In this document: positions 52,346 through 62,738 of the stretch, in pieces
Layout: every line of letters begins with the position of its first letter
Numbering within the stretch: the stretch's first letter is position 1
Assembly: GCA_965219455.1 (NCBI GenBank)
Contig: OZ244744.1
Span: 896,001 to 960,000 of the forward strand
Source of the DNA: Candidatus Latescibacterota bacterium
GTDB lineage: Bacteria; Latescibacterota; UBA2968; GCA-2709665
Direction of reading: 5' to 3'
DNA: 64,000 nucleotides
Position numbers and translations under genes: made by a program
Notes under the pieces: model-generated
What the model was told of the DNA's origin: nothing
The model's input: the letters and a program-made list of their open reading frames with translations, nothing else
Database searches by the model: none

Positions 52346-52858
52346 ATGCCCGAACAACCAGCTAAGCGCTTGATCCATCACACGAAGGAGACCTACGGTG
52401 GTTCGTTCAACACGGGCCTTCTGGATCAGTACAAACTCTACGTACAGTCCGCGGAGAACGTTAGCGCACGACGCGTCGCATCGAGCCGTTATCTCCTTAC
52501 CCTTAACTCGGCCCTCGTCGCTCTGTACGGACTTCAGTCCGTGGGTTTCGACCAGAACTATTGGATGTTGCTGATTCCCGTTATGGGAATTCCGGTCTCC
52601 CTGCTCTGGTATTTGATCATCAAGTCGCACGCCGACCTGAACCGCGTCAAGTTCGACGTGATTCACGAGTTTGAGGAACATTTACCGGCAGCTATGTACA
52701 AGTACGAGTGGTATCTGGCCTGGGAAGGAAAAGGCAAAGCCTACCGGGCAGTAACAGGGATCGAACAATGGGTACCCTTTCTTTTCGGCGCGCTGCACGT
52801 GGCTTTGTCGATCTTGATCATCCTGACAATCGCTGGCGTATTGGATTGGATTCAATGA
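52346..52858 (+). CDS. Small 3-TM membrane protein (RipA/8xMP- or SLATT-like putative effector)
   Basis: LLDQYKLYVQSAENVSARR, three hydrophobic helices, LN..KF.VI..FE..LP...Y..EW; 4 nt after the TIR stop. Confidence 0.7.
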   Translation: MPEQPAKRLIHHTKETYGGSFNTGLLDQYKLYVQSAENVSARRVASSRYLLTLNSALVALYGLQSVGFDQNYWMLLIPVMGIPVSLLWYLIIKSHADLNRVKFDVIHEFEEHLPAAMYKYEWYLAWEGKGKAYRAVTGIEQWVPFLFGALHVALSILIILTIAGVLDWIQ

Positions 52859-52862
52859 CGGG

Positions 52863-52894
52863 TTGTAGGGGCGGTTCGCGAACCGCCCCTACAA
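52863..52894. repeat. GTAG-type REP, perfect 32-bp palindrome
   Basis: TTGTAGGGGCGGTTCGCGAACCGCCCCTACAA; same core flanks the RAYT gene. Confidence 0.85.
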
Positions 52895-53113
52895 AACCAC
52901 GACTACGGTCATCGAAACCGACGTCACGGATTTGTTGTAATATCCAACCACGTCCACGCCATCACAATAATATGCAGACCGCCCGCAGGCGCCCAGTTGT
53001 GCCGCTGCAAAGAGGGAGGCCTGTGCGCAACGGCGTCGCACGGGACGCAGATCGAGATAGATCCGATAAGATAGTCAATAATAGACCATATTGACGATAG
53101 AGGAGGCATTACA

Positions 53114-53404
53114 ATGATTCGACCAACCGAAGTACATCCACGAGCCGGCTACCGCATCTGGCTTCGATATGCAGATGGCGTCGCCGGTAAGATTGACCTG
53201 TCGCATCTCGCAGGAAAGGGCGTATTCAAAATTTGGGACGAGCCGGGATATTTCGAGAGAGTGCATATAACTCCCCACAGAGCCATAGCCTGGGACGATG
53301 ATATCGACCTTTGCGCCGATGCCCTGTACCTGGAACTCACAGGCAAACCTGTTGAGGAAATGATGCCTGGTGTGAAGCAGATAATGCAGAGCCGCGATGC
53401 CTGA
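53114..53404 (+). CDS. DUF2442-family protein (putative antitoxin)
   Basis: YRIWLRYADG..G.IDL...GVF...AIAWDDDIDLCADALY. Confidence 0.8.
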   Translation: MIRPTEVHPRAGYRIWLRYADGVAGKIDLSHLAGKGVFKIWDEPGYFERVHITPHRAIAWDDDIDLCADALYLELTGKPVEEMMPGVKQIMQSRDA

Positions 53405-53546
53405 ACTCTGTAGATTCTACGGCATCAGCATTCGTCTTAATTTTCGCGACCACAATCCGCCTCATTTTCACGCGCTGTACGGCGAACATGAAGCTGTCAT
53501 AGAGATAAACAGCATCAGCGTGGTGGAGGGGCGGCTTCCCTCCCGT
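53397..53546 (+). pseudogene. DUF4160-family gene, 3' truncated
   Basis: MPELCRFYGISI...DHNPPHFHALYG...GRLPSR, then fused to an unrelated remnant. Confidence 0.75.
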
Positions 53547-53786
53547 GGCCGAGTCGAAGGCCCGGCTATCCGAAATCCTTCGCCTTGCCGAGGAGGAGGG
53601 GCCACAACGCATCGGCGCACGGTAGCCCTTTATCGTGGTACCCGAGCGCGTATGGAAGACTCAAGGCCAGGTGTCCATCTCCCTGGGCCCTTGGCTGGTT
53701 GAAAACACGCCGCGCGGTACGAACCTTGAAATCCCAGGCCGCCGCGAAAGCAGCCGCAAGATACCCTTCGTCGACGAAGCAGACGA

Positions 53787-53790
<4 letters not shown>
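53545..53790 (+). pseudogene. Phd/YefM antitoxin remnant (5' truncated, internal TAG)
   Basis: Manual translation VAESKARLSEILRLAEEEGPQRIGAR*PFIVVP... Confidence 0.65.
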
Positions 53791-54160
<370 letters not shown>

Positions 54161-54198
54161 GGAAGCCATTTCGCGTATTCGCATCCGGGAGTGACGCT

Positions 54199-57100
54199 AT
54201 GACCACCCTCACAGAAGCCGTCGTCGAACAGGCAGCCCTTGAGTGGCTTTCAGGCCTCGGTTGGCAGGTCCTCCACGGACCGGACATCGCGCCGGAGACG
54301 CCTGACGCAGAGCGCGATGACTACCGACAGGTGGTCCTTGAGCACAGGCTTCGCGGCGCCCTCACTGAATTGAACCCCGCCCTGCCCATGTCCGCCCTGG
54401 ACGATGCCTGCCGCAAGTTGACCCGTCCCGATGGATCGACCCTGGAAGCCCGAAACCGTGCGTTCCACCGGATGCTCGTGAACGGTGTCGAAGTCGAGTA
54501 CCCTGACGCGGATGGACGCGTGCGAGGCGATCAGGTTCGAGTCATCGATTTCGATAATCCCAACAGCAACGACTGGCTGGCGGTGAATCAACTCACGGTC
54601 ACGGAGAACAAGAACAACCGAAGACCGGATATCGTGCTGTTTTTGAACGGTTTACCCCTGGGCGTGATCGAACTGAAGAACCCGGCGGACGAGGACGCCA
54701 CGATCTGGACGGCATGGAACCAACTCCAGACGTACAAGGCCGAACTCCCGATGCTTTTTTCAATGAACGAAGTGTTGATGGTCTCCGACGGGACCGAAGC
54801 CCGGTTAGGCACGCTGACGTCGGGCAAGGAATGGTTCAAGCCATGGAGGACGGTTGCGGGAGAGACGCTGGCCGATAAGCTCTTGACCGAGCTTCAGGTG
54901 ATGCTGGAAGGCGTCTTTGATCGGAGCCGTTTTCTGGCGCTCGTGCGCGACTTCATCGTTTTCGATGACGACGGTAGCGGTGCGCTGGAGAAAAAGATGG
55001 CGGGTTATCACCAGTTCCACGCCGTCAGAGTCGCGGTTGACGAGACGCTGCGAGCCTCGGAGTTACAGCGAGCAGTCAATAGGACTGTCGACACCGGTGG
55101 AAGGTACGAAGCGGGGCGACAGCCCGGCGGGAAACCCGGTGACCGGCGCATCGGCGTGGTGTGGCACACACAGGGATCGGGCAAAAGCCTGACGATGGCG
55201 TTCTACACGGGCGCCATCATTCGCGAGCCGGCGATGGAGAACCCGACGGTCGTCGTGCTCACTGACCGCAACGACTTGGACGACCAGCTTTACGGTACGT
55301 TCTCGCGCTGCCAGGATCTGCTGCGCCAACCGCCGAAACAGGCGGAGAGCCGGGCTGATCTGCGGAACAAGCTATCCGTGAATGCCGGAGGCGTGATCTT
55401 TACGACAATACAGAAGTTCATGCCGCCTACGGCGGCACCCTCACCCCTGCCCGATGCCAGCGGGAGAGGGGGTAATGTGGCGGCGCCTGCATCCGATCCT
55501 TTTCCCAGCGGGAGAGGGGGTGTATTGGGACCGGGGGATACGCGCCCTGAGCTGTCGGATAGGCGCAACATCGTTGTAATCGCCGATGAAGCCCACCGCA
55601 GCCAGTACGACTTCATCGACGGGTTCGCCGCTCACATGAGAGACGCGTTGCCAAATGCCTCTTTCGTTGGATTCACGGGAACGCCGATAGAGCTTCAGGA
55701 CGCCAACACCCGGGCCGTGTTCGGCGACTACATCAGCATCTACGACATCCAGCGCGCGGTTCAAGACGGGGCCACGGTGCCCATCTATTACGAGAGCCGC
55801 CTGGCCAAACTCGCCCTGGACGAGCGTGAAAAGCCCAACATCGACCCCGAGTTCGAAGAGGCCACCGAGGGCGAGGAGGTGGAGCGCAGGGAGAAGCTCA
55901 AGACGAAGTGGGCACAGTTGGAAGCGGTGGTCGGCGCCGAAAAACGAGTCGGGCAGATTGCCGAGGATATCGTGGACCACTTCGAGGATCGGCTTGAGGT
56001 CCTCCACGGCAAGGCGATGGTCGTATGCATGAGCCGTCGCATCTGTATCGACCTCTATCGCGAACTGGTCCGGCTACGGCCTGAATGGCACGATGACGCT
56101 GACGACAGGGGAACTATTAAGGTAGTGATGACCGGTTCCGCTTCCGATCCGCCGGATTGGCAGCCGCACATCCGCAACAAGGCACGACGCGAAGACCTGG
56201 CGAAACGGTTCAGGGACGCTGGCGACCCAATGCGGGTTGTGCTCGTTCGGGACATGTGGCTGACGGGATTTGACGCGCCCAGCCTGCATACGATGTACGT
56301 GGACAAACCGATGCGCGGGCACGGCCTGATGCAGGCCATCGCCCGGGTGAATAGGGTGTTCAAGGACAAGCCCGGCGGGCTCGTGGTGGACTACATGGGA
56401 TTGTCGCAGGATTTGCGACAGGCGCTGGCCGCCTATACCGAAAGCGGTGGTACTGGGAAGACGGCACTGGACAAGGAAGAAGCGGTGGCGGTGATGTTGG
56501 AGAAGTACGAGGTTTGCTGCGGCTTGTTGCACGGTTTCGACTGGGCGGCCTGGGCCGACGGAAGCCCCATTGAGCGTTTGAATCTGCTGCCCGCCGCCCA
56601 GGAGCGCGTCCTATCCCAGGAGGACGGCAAGGTACGCTGGCTGAACACGGTGCGAGCGCTGTCCCAGGCCTTCGCCCTGGCCGTTCCGCATCAGGAAACC
56701 CGACGTATTCGCGACGACGTGGCATTCTTCCAGGCGGTGTCGGCGGCCCTGTCCAAACGGGCGGCAGGCGAGAGACGTACCGAGGAGGAGTTGGATCTGG
56801 CTGTACGACAGATCGTGTCACGCGCCGTGGCTTCCGAGGGTGTGATGGACATCTTCGCGGCCGCGGGCCTGGACAGGCCGGACATTTCGGTGCTCTCGGA
56901 CGAGTTTCTTGCGGAGGTACGCGGGATGCCGCACAGAAATCTCGCCGTGGAACTGTTGCAGAAACTGCTCAGGGGCGAGGTTTCCACACGGCGGCGCAAA
57001 AACGTCGTGCAGGCCCGGTCCTTTGCCGAAATGCTGGATCAGACGCTCCGGCGATACCAGAACCGCGCGATAGAGGCGGCACAGGTGATTGAAGAACTGA

Positions 57101-57441
57101 TCGAGCTCGCGAAAGAAATGCGGGAGGCCAACGAACGGGGCGAGCGGTTGGGATTGTCTGAGGACGAGTTGGCCTTCTACGACGCGCTCGAGACGAACGA
57201 CAGCGCGGTACAGGTGCTCGGCGACGAGACTTTGCGTGCCATTGCCCAGCAGCTTGTGGAGACTGTCCGAAACAACGTGACCATCGACTGGACGCTGCGG
57301 GAGAACGTTCGTGCCCACCTCAGGGTGCTGGTGCGCCGCATTCTACGCAAACACGGATACCCGCCGGACAAGCAGGCGAAGGCCACACAGACCGTGATCG
57401 AACAAGCGGAAGTGCTGTCCGAGGGGTGGGCGGTTGCGTGA
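54199..57441 (+). CDS. hsdR: Type I restriction endonuclease subunit HsdR
   Basis: [49 protein letters not shown]. Confidence 0.95.
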   Translation: MTTLTEAVVEQAALEWLSGLGWQVLHGPDIAPETPDAERDDYRQVVLEHRLRGALTELNPALPMSALDDACRKLTRPDGSTLEARNRAFHRMLVNGVEVEYPDADGRVRGDQVRVIDFDNPNSNDWLAVNQLTVTENKNNRRPDIVLFLNGLPLGVIELKNPADEDATIWTAWNQLQTYKAELPMLFSMNEVLMVSDGTEARLGTLTSGKEWFKPWRTVAGETLADKLLTELQVMLEGVFDRSRFLALVRDFIVFDDDGSGALEKKMAGYHQFHAVRVAVDETLRASELQRAVNRTVDTGGRYEAGRQPGGKPGDRRIGVVWHTQGSGKSLTMAFYTGAIIREPAMENPTVVVLTDRNDLDDQLYGTFSRCQDLLRQPPKQAESRADLRNKLSVNAGGVIFTTIQKFMPPTAAPSPLPDASGRGGNVAAPASDPFPSGRGGVLGPGDTRPELSDRRNIVVIADEAHRSQYDFIDGFAAHMRDALPNASFVGFTGTPIELQDANTRAVFGDYISIYDIQRAVQDGATVPIYYESRLAKLALDEREKPNIDPEFEEATEGEEVERREKLKTKWAQLEAVVGAEKRVGQIAEDIVDHFEDRLEVLHGKAMVVCMSRRICIDLYRELVRLRPEWHDDADDRGTIKVVMTGSASDPPDWQPHIRNKARREDLAKRFRDAGDPMRVVLVRDMWLTGFDAPSLHTMYVDKPMRGHGLMQAIARVNRVFKDKPGGLVVDYMGLSQDLRQALAAYTESGGTGKTALDKEEAVAVMLEKYEVCCGLLHGFDWAAWADGSPIERLNLLPAAQERVLSQEDGKVRWLNTVRALSQAFALAVPHQETRRIRDDVAFFQAVSAALSKRAAGERRTEEELDLAVRQIVSRAVASEGVMDIFAAAGLDRPDISVLSDEFLAEVRGMPHRNLAVELLQKLLRGEVSTRRRKNVVQARSFAEMLDQTLRRYQNRAIEAAQVIEELIELAKEMREANERGERLGLSEDELAFYDALETNDSAVQVLGDETLRAIAQQLVETVRNNVTIDWTLRENVRAHLRVLVRRILRKHGYPPDKQAKATQTVIEQAEVLSEGWAVA

Positions 57442-57450
57442 GAAGTTGAC

Positions 57451-57566
57451 ATTCCCCCACCGCATCAGCCGTCGCCTGCCCTTCGACAAGCTCAGGGAAC
57501 CGGCTCGGCTTCTGCCTGCCTGTCCTGCGGACGCAGACAGGCGACTCCCCCTCAAGGGGGAGTGAT
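57451..57566. repeat. Nested composite of three REP-like palindrome types
   Basis: TCCCCCACC...ACTCCCCCTCAAGGGGGAGT enclosing CCCTTCGACAAGCTCAGGGAACCG and CCTGTCCTGCGGACGCAGACAGG. Confidence 0.65.
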
Positions 57567-57639
57567 CGGGAGGTGAGCGCGTGTTGGCCATCCGGCAAGA
57601 TGCAAGGGTTCCGCGTGAAAACCAATTCGTGTAGCCGTG

Positions 57640-58912
57640 CGGTGTTGCACAATGCGACGGTCGCTGTCTTCCGTGCACCCGGGGCGCCGCCCGGTCAATG
57701 AATCCTTTCCAAGAACCCGGTTCGCGACGGTTTCGATTCGGCGGAATCCGGATCGGGCAAACCAAATCCCGTCCACCCCACGACACCCACCGGGCGGTTC
57801 GCGAACCGCCCCTACAATAAGCGGATATGGCCGTTGCCGATAGCGGTGTTGCACAATGCGACGGTCGTCGACAGGACTGCCGCATCCAGCCTCACGGCAG
57901 GCTTGACCGAGTCAGCGCGTCTATCGACATTATCGTGCACCGCGATCGCAAATCGGGGTTCGTCAGTGTCACCCCATGCTAAAAGGAACCGGATTCGTGG
58001 ATATCCGATGCAGCAAAACCATATCCCATCTGCCACCCCCAGGGCGGTTCGCGAGCCGCCCGTACAAAAGCCGGATATGACCGTTGTCGAAATCGTAGCC
58101 GAGGAACACACCCAATTGACCCACCGCTACGAATCCAAAATTCTTCGCCGCAGATCTATACGCCTGAAGAGATACGACTATAAACGCATCGGCGCGTATT
58201 TCGTTACCATCGCGACCCGCAATCGGGAATCCCGGTTCGGCGATATTATCGACGGTGAAGTACACCTGAACGACACCGGGCGGTTGGTCAAAAGCGCATG
58301 GGAGTGGCTGACAATGCGATATGCATACGTCGAACTGGACACGTACGTTGTCATGCCAAACCATCTACACGGAATCATCGACATTTTTGACCAAAACAGC
58401 GGTAATCGGGAGAAGGATCAGGCGCTCCGCAAACCCCTGGGCCGTCTGATTGGGGCATTTAAGACCGTGTCCACCAGGCGCGTCAACAACGCCCTGGAGA
58501 CGCCCGGCCAACCGCTGTGGCAACGCAACTATTACGAACGCGTGATCCGCAACGATGAGGAATTGGACCGCGTTCGAGAGTACATCGTTTATAATCCGAT
58601 GCGATGGGATACGGATTCGGAAAACCCAAATTTCATACCCAAACACAACACGTAGGTGCGTCCCACGGCGACGATGGGAACGCGGGATCCGTCGACCGAA
58701 AGGGGACAACCACAAGGGATGCCTCAGCATCGGATGACGTGTTCGAGGCGTGCGCGGAACCGGATTTTTACCAAAACCTGATTCATTCGAAGTCGGATAC
58801 GACAAAACACAACCCGTCCGCATCAACCACCACCCAGGGCGGTTCGCGAACCGCCCCTACAAAAGACGGATATGACCGTCGTCGAAAGTAGTGTCGCAAA
58901 ACGCGACGGCCA
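57640..58912. mobile_element. REPtron: RAYT gene flanked by three extended REP units
   Basis: GGGCGGTTCGCGARCCGCCCSTACAA at ~57792, ~58042 and ~58837, each followed by CGGATATGRCCGTYGYCGA. Confidence 0.75.
58116..58655 (+). CDS. REP-associated tyrosine transposase (RAYT, IS200/Y1 HUH family)
   Basis: RRRSIRL..YDY...AYFVTI, VVMPNHLHGI (HUH), WQRNYYERVIR, YI..NP; start uncertain (TTG 58116 or ATG 58077). Confidence 0.88.
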   Translation: MTHRYESKILRRRSIRLKRYDYKRIGAYFVTIATRNRESRFGDIIDGEVHLNDTGRLVKSAWEWLTMRYAYVELDTYVVMPNHLHGIIDIFDQNSGNREKDQALRKPLGRLIGAFKTVSTRRVNNALETPGQPLWQRNYYERVIRNDEELDRVREYIVYNPMRWDTDSENPNFIPKHNT

Positions 58913-59077
58913 GGGACGAGGTGCTCTGGACAATCTCGACACGCACGTCGATTTTCCGTCTTTCCAAAAGGCAACGGTGGGTGTATATTCGGTACGGGGA
59001 ACGGATCCCGAGGTGTCCGATAGAACACGCCGTGAAATCGTCAACCGCGATTCAAGCGTTCAAAGGAATCTGGACAA

Positions 59078-60067
59078 ATGGCACATCTGACCGAGGAACA
59101 GTTGGCGCGAATCGAGGAACAGGGGTACCTGGTGGTGGAAGGTCTTTTCGACCCCGAGCAGGATCTCGATCCGGTGATCGAGGAGTACGCCGGCGTTCTG
59201 GATCGGCTTGCCGATGAACTGTACGAAAGCGGGGAGATCTCCTCAACGTATGGAGACCTCCCTTTCAGTGATCGGCTGACGCGGATTTACGCGGAGTCCG
59301 GTAAGGTTCACGCCCAGTATTTCGACTTTTCGCTGCCGCAGAAGAACGTTCGGGCGGACACGCCGATGTGGGTGGGGCCGGCCGTGTTCCGGCTCTTGCG
59401 AAACGAGAAGCTGCTGGACGCCGTGGAATCCCTGATCGGGCCGGAGATTTACTCCAATCCCGTGCAACACGTCCGCTTGAAACCGCCGGAGCACCTGTGT
59501 CCCGTCAACGAAACAACGGGGCACGCCCAGCTTGGCGCCACGCCGTGGCACCAGGATACGGGCGTTGTCAGGCCGGAAGCCGATGAGACGAATATGCTGA
59601 CCGTGTGGTTCGGCCTCTGGGATGCCACAATCCAGAACGGCTGTCTGGAGGTCATACCCGGAAGCCATCGAGAGGGACTGCTACATCACTGCCACACGAG
59701 CGGGGCGATGTCGCGAGGATTCGGGCTTCACGTTCCGGATTGGCTTCTGCGCCAGGGAGATGGTGTGCCGCTGCCGATGAAACGCGGCGACGCGTTGTTC
59801 TTCCACCGGCTGAATTGCCACTCCTCGCTTCCGAACAAGAGCGACAATATTCGATGGAGTTTCGACCTGCGGTATAACCCCATCGGCCAACCGACGGGTC
59901 GGGGATCATTTCCGGGGTTCGTCGCGCGCAGCCGCTCGAATCCGCAAAGCGAGTTGCACGATCCCGAAGAATGGGCGAGGTTGTGGCACGAGGCGAGAAG
60001 CAGACTGGCGAGGAGCGAGGATCCTACGTACAATCGCTGGAAGGTGGACGACCCGGTCTGCGCGTGA
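59078..60067 (+). CDS. Phytanoyl-CoA dioxygenase (PhyH) family protein
   Basis: PWHQD, NGCLEVIPGSH, H.S.PN.S..IR. Confidence 0.88.
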   Translation: MAHLTEEQLARIEEQGYLVVEGLFDPEQDLDPVIEEYAGVLDRLADELYESGEISSTYGDLPFSDRLTRIYAESGKVHAQYFDFSLPQKNVRADTPMWVGPAVFRLLRNEKLLDAVESLIGPEIYSNPVQHVRLKPPEHLCPVNETTGHAQLGATPWHQDTGVVRPEADETNMLTVWFGLWDATIQNGCLEVIPGSHREGLLHHCHTSGAMSRGFGLHVPDWLLRQGDGVPLPMKRGDALFFHRLNCHSSLPNKSDNIRWSFDLRYNPIGQPTGRGSFPGFVARSRSNPQSELHDPEEWARLWHEARSRLARSEDPTYNRWKVDDPVCA

Positions 60068-60381
60068 ACAGAGGTATGGCACGGGAGCGCCATCAATGAG
60101 ACGATTGTCGCCGATATCACGCCAAAGACGTGACATGACGGAGACCCGTCGCAGCAGGGTACGACGTGCCCTGTCATAGTCGTTTATTGACCGTTAGCTC
60201 AATGAACAATGCGATATAACGTACGGTTGGTGAGAATGAACCCGACCCGTCCAGGCAGTGACTTGAGTACGATGCATAGATGGATCTGCGTCACGTAGAT
60301 CAATTCCACTCCAGCACAGACCTTCCGAAATTGCCCGAACTACCCCTCCGCCTACTTCATCATATCCAACCTGAAGGCAGC

Positions 60382-62481
60382 CTATTCCCCTACGGTTTTT
60401 CCGAAGTCCCTGGCGAATATCAGAAAGTCCGAGAGTCCCACCTGACCGTCGTTATCTAGATCGTACCGGTCGTCGTAGCCCAGGTCGCCCTGGCTAAGCC
60501 CGACATTCGCCGCAAACTGAATGAAGTCGGTAAAGCCAACGGTGCCATCGCCATCGAAATCGGGACCAACGCGATCGCCGTCGATATCGGGACCGGGTGT
60601 TTGAGACCCGTCGTTCAGAGTCAGATCCCAAATTAGAATCGTACCATCATAGGATCCCGACGCGAGGGTCTTGCCGTCCGGGGAAAACAACACGCTGCTG
60701 ACCCAGTGGGCATGCCCTTCGAAGGTGGAGACAATCTCTCCCGTCGACATATCGAAGAGCCTTACGTTGCCGTCCTGCGAGCCGGTGGCGAACATAGTCC
60801 TGTCTGGTGAGAACGCGACCCTTTCGAACCCCTCTGGTTTTCGTGTCGCGATCGTCGTGCCAGTCGCCAGGTCCCATACCATCACCGATTCACTGTACGA
60901 ACCGGCATATAGCTTTGTGACGTCGGAAGAGAACGATATTGAGAGCACGTAACGGGTAAGCCCATGAAGGACGGCTGCGGTCTTACCGGTGGACAGGTCC
61001 CAGGTCCTTATCTCACCATTGTCCAGACCCGAAGCCAGGATTTTTCCGTCGGGCGAGAATTCCAGCTCCTTGACCCCATCGCTCAGTCCGGTAACACGGG
61101 TGGTCTGTTCTTGCGTTCGGACGTTCCAAAGGTTGACCCATCCCGGCCAGCCTCCGGTGGCCAAAACATCGCCATCGGGTGAAAACGACACCGCAGATGT
61201 TAGATCCTTGTGTTCCAGATGTGCGAAATCAGTATACGTGTCCAGGTCCCAAAGGATAACTCTATGGCCGGATGCCGAAGCAAGGGTCGTCCCATCGTGT
61301 GATATGGATATCGATGAGATGGGCAAGCCACCATGCCCGCGAAGCGTCGTGATCATCCGTCGCGTCGCCGTGTCCCATATTTTGACCCCCGACCCATATG
61401 AACCGTTATAGGAAGCCAGTGTGGCGCCGTCCGGTGAAAATGTCATACCCAAAACGGTTCCCGAATAGCCGGCAATGGTGGTGGCGTTTCCGGCGGTCAG
61501 ATCCCTCAGCACAACCGCGCCATCGTCGGAAGCGGAGGCGAGCGTCCTCCCGTCCGGAGAGAATGAAACCGCGCGAACCAGAGCTCGATGGTCGTTGAAT
61601 GTGTCTATATTTTGACCTGTCGTTGCGTTCCAGAGTTTGACTCTGCGGAACCATGTTCCGGTGGCGATGAGGGATCCGTCGGAAGAAAACGCGACGGACG
61701 TCACAGGGGAGTTTACCGTAAGCGTTGTGAAGTTCGTGCGTGTTGCCACGTTCCACAGTTTGACGGTTTCGTCAGAAGCACCTGAGGCCAGGGTGTTGCC
61801 GTTCGGTGCGAAAGCTACGGAGTAGACCTCCCCGCTATGGCCTTCAAGCGTGGCGGCAAGGGTGCGCGTTGCCACGTCCCACAGCATGATCGTGCCGTTC
61901 CCATGTCCCGTTGCGATGATGGCGCCATCCGGTGAAAACGCGAGACACGCCAAGCCGAAATCGTACCTCCCCTGGGTGGTCACAACAGTCCGTGAGGACA
62001 CATCCCGGAGTTTAATCATCGGCCCTCCACGCGCACTGTAAGCGAGGGTTTTACCATCCGGAGAAAACGTGACATCGATTATGGGCCCGCCCCTTTCAAT
62101 CCGGCTGGGGGCCCCCGTTGCCACATCCCAAAGTATAACCTCACCACTTCCCCACATACCTCCTGCCGTGACAAGCTTTTTGCCGTCGGGTGAAAAGGAC
62201 AGCGAATGGACACGGTCGGCGGGCAACCAGGTGACACTTTCGAGGTCCTCCACACTGTACAGCCATACGCCGATACCGCTGGCCACTGCAACAAGCTCGC
62301 CGTCTGGTGAAAATGCAACCGCCCGGTCTCCGTGGCCAATGGCTCCCTTTCCAATCCGGGCGATCGCTCCGTCGGGCAGATCCCGCGTCCGATAGTTGTT
62401 GGGATCGCTGAAGTCCTGGGCGAAAAGCGGTTGCAGGCAGACGACAATCATCAGCACGATAGCCGTGGTAAAATGCCTCAT
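60382..62481 (-). CDS. Secreted WD40-repeat protein with C-terminal dockerin/EF-hand-like domain
   Basis: Signal peptide, LPDGAIARIGKG, many FSPDG..LASG repeats, DFDGDGTVGFTDF...DLDNDGQVGLSDF. Confidence 0.88.
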   Translation of the reverse strand: MRHFTTAIVLMIVVCLQPLFAQDFSDPNNYRTRDLPDGAIARIGKGAIGHGDRAVAFSPDGELVAVASGIGVWLYSVEDLESVTWLPADRVHSLSFSPDGKKLVTAGGMWGSGEVILWDVATGAPSRIERGGPIIDVTFSPDGKTLAYSARGGPMIKLRDVSSRTVVTTQGRYDFGLACLAFSPDGAIIATGHGNGTIMLWDVATRTLAATLEGHSGEVYSVAFAPNGNTLASGASDETVKLWNVATRTNFTTLTVNSPVTSVAFSSDGSLIATGTWFRRVKLWNATTGQNIDTFNDHRALVRAVSFSPDGRTLASASDDGAVVLRDLTAGNATTIAGYSGTVLGMTFSPDGATLASYNGSYGSGVKIWDTATRRMITTLRGHGGLPISSISISHDGTTLASASGHRVILWDLDTYTDFAHLEHKDLTSAVSFSPDGDVLATGGWPGWVNLWNVRTQEQTTRVTGLSDGVKELEFSPDGKILASGLDNGEIRTWDLSTGKTAAVLHGLTRYVLSISFSSDVTKLYAGSYSESVMVWDLATGTTIATRKPEGFERVAFSPDRTMFATGSQDGNVRLFDMSTGEIVSTFEGHAHWVSSVLFSPDGKTLASGSYDGTILIWDLTLNDGSQTPGPDIDGDRVGPDFDGDGTVGFTDFIQFAANVGLSQGDLGYDDRYDLDNDGQVGLSDFLIFARDFGKTVGE

Positions 62482-62738
62482 CACCTGTCTCCTTCGAAGA
62501 TTGGTTTCAGAACGTATGCCTGCGAAACGCGGTACGGCCCGTACATTTATTACAGAGCTCCGTCTTCGATGATCAGAACCCGTTACACGATATTCCTGAC
62601 ACCCACACTGGATAACCCCATCAGGGTGCAGTCCGGCCGACAAGGATTCCAACTCGCGCCAATTCCGGCACTGGCGCCGTAGTCATCCGTTGAAAATTTC
62701 GCAGGACATACACAGTCTTGAATACCTTCGATCCTGGT

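Noticed and set aside
48300-53114. Integron cassette array
   Set aside because: Genes are co-oriented, but I found no paired RYYYAAC...GTTRRRY attC sites after stops and no IntI.
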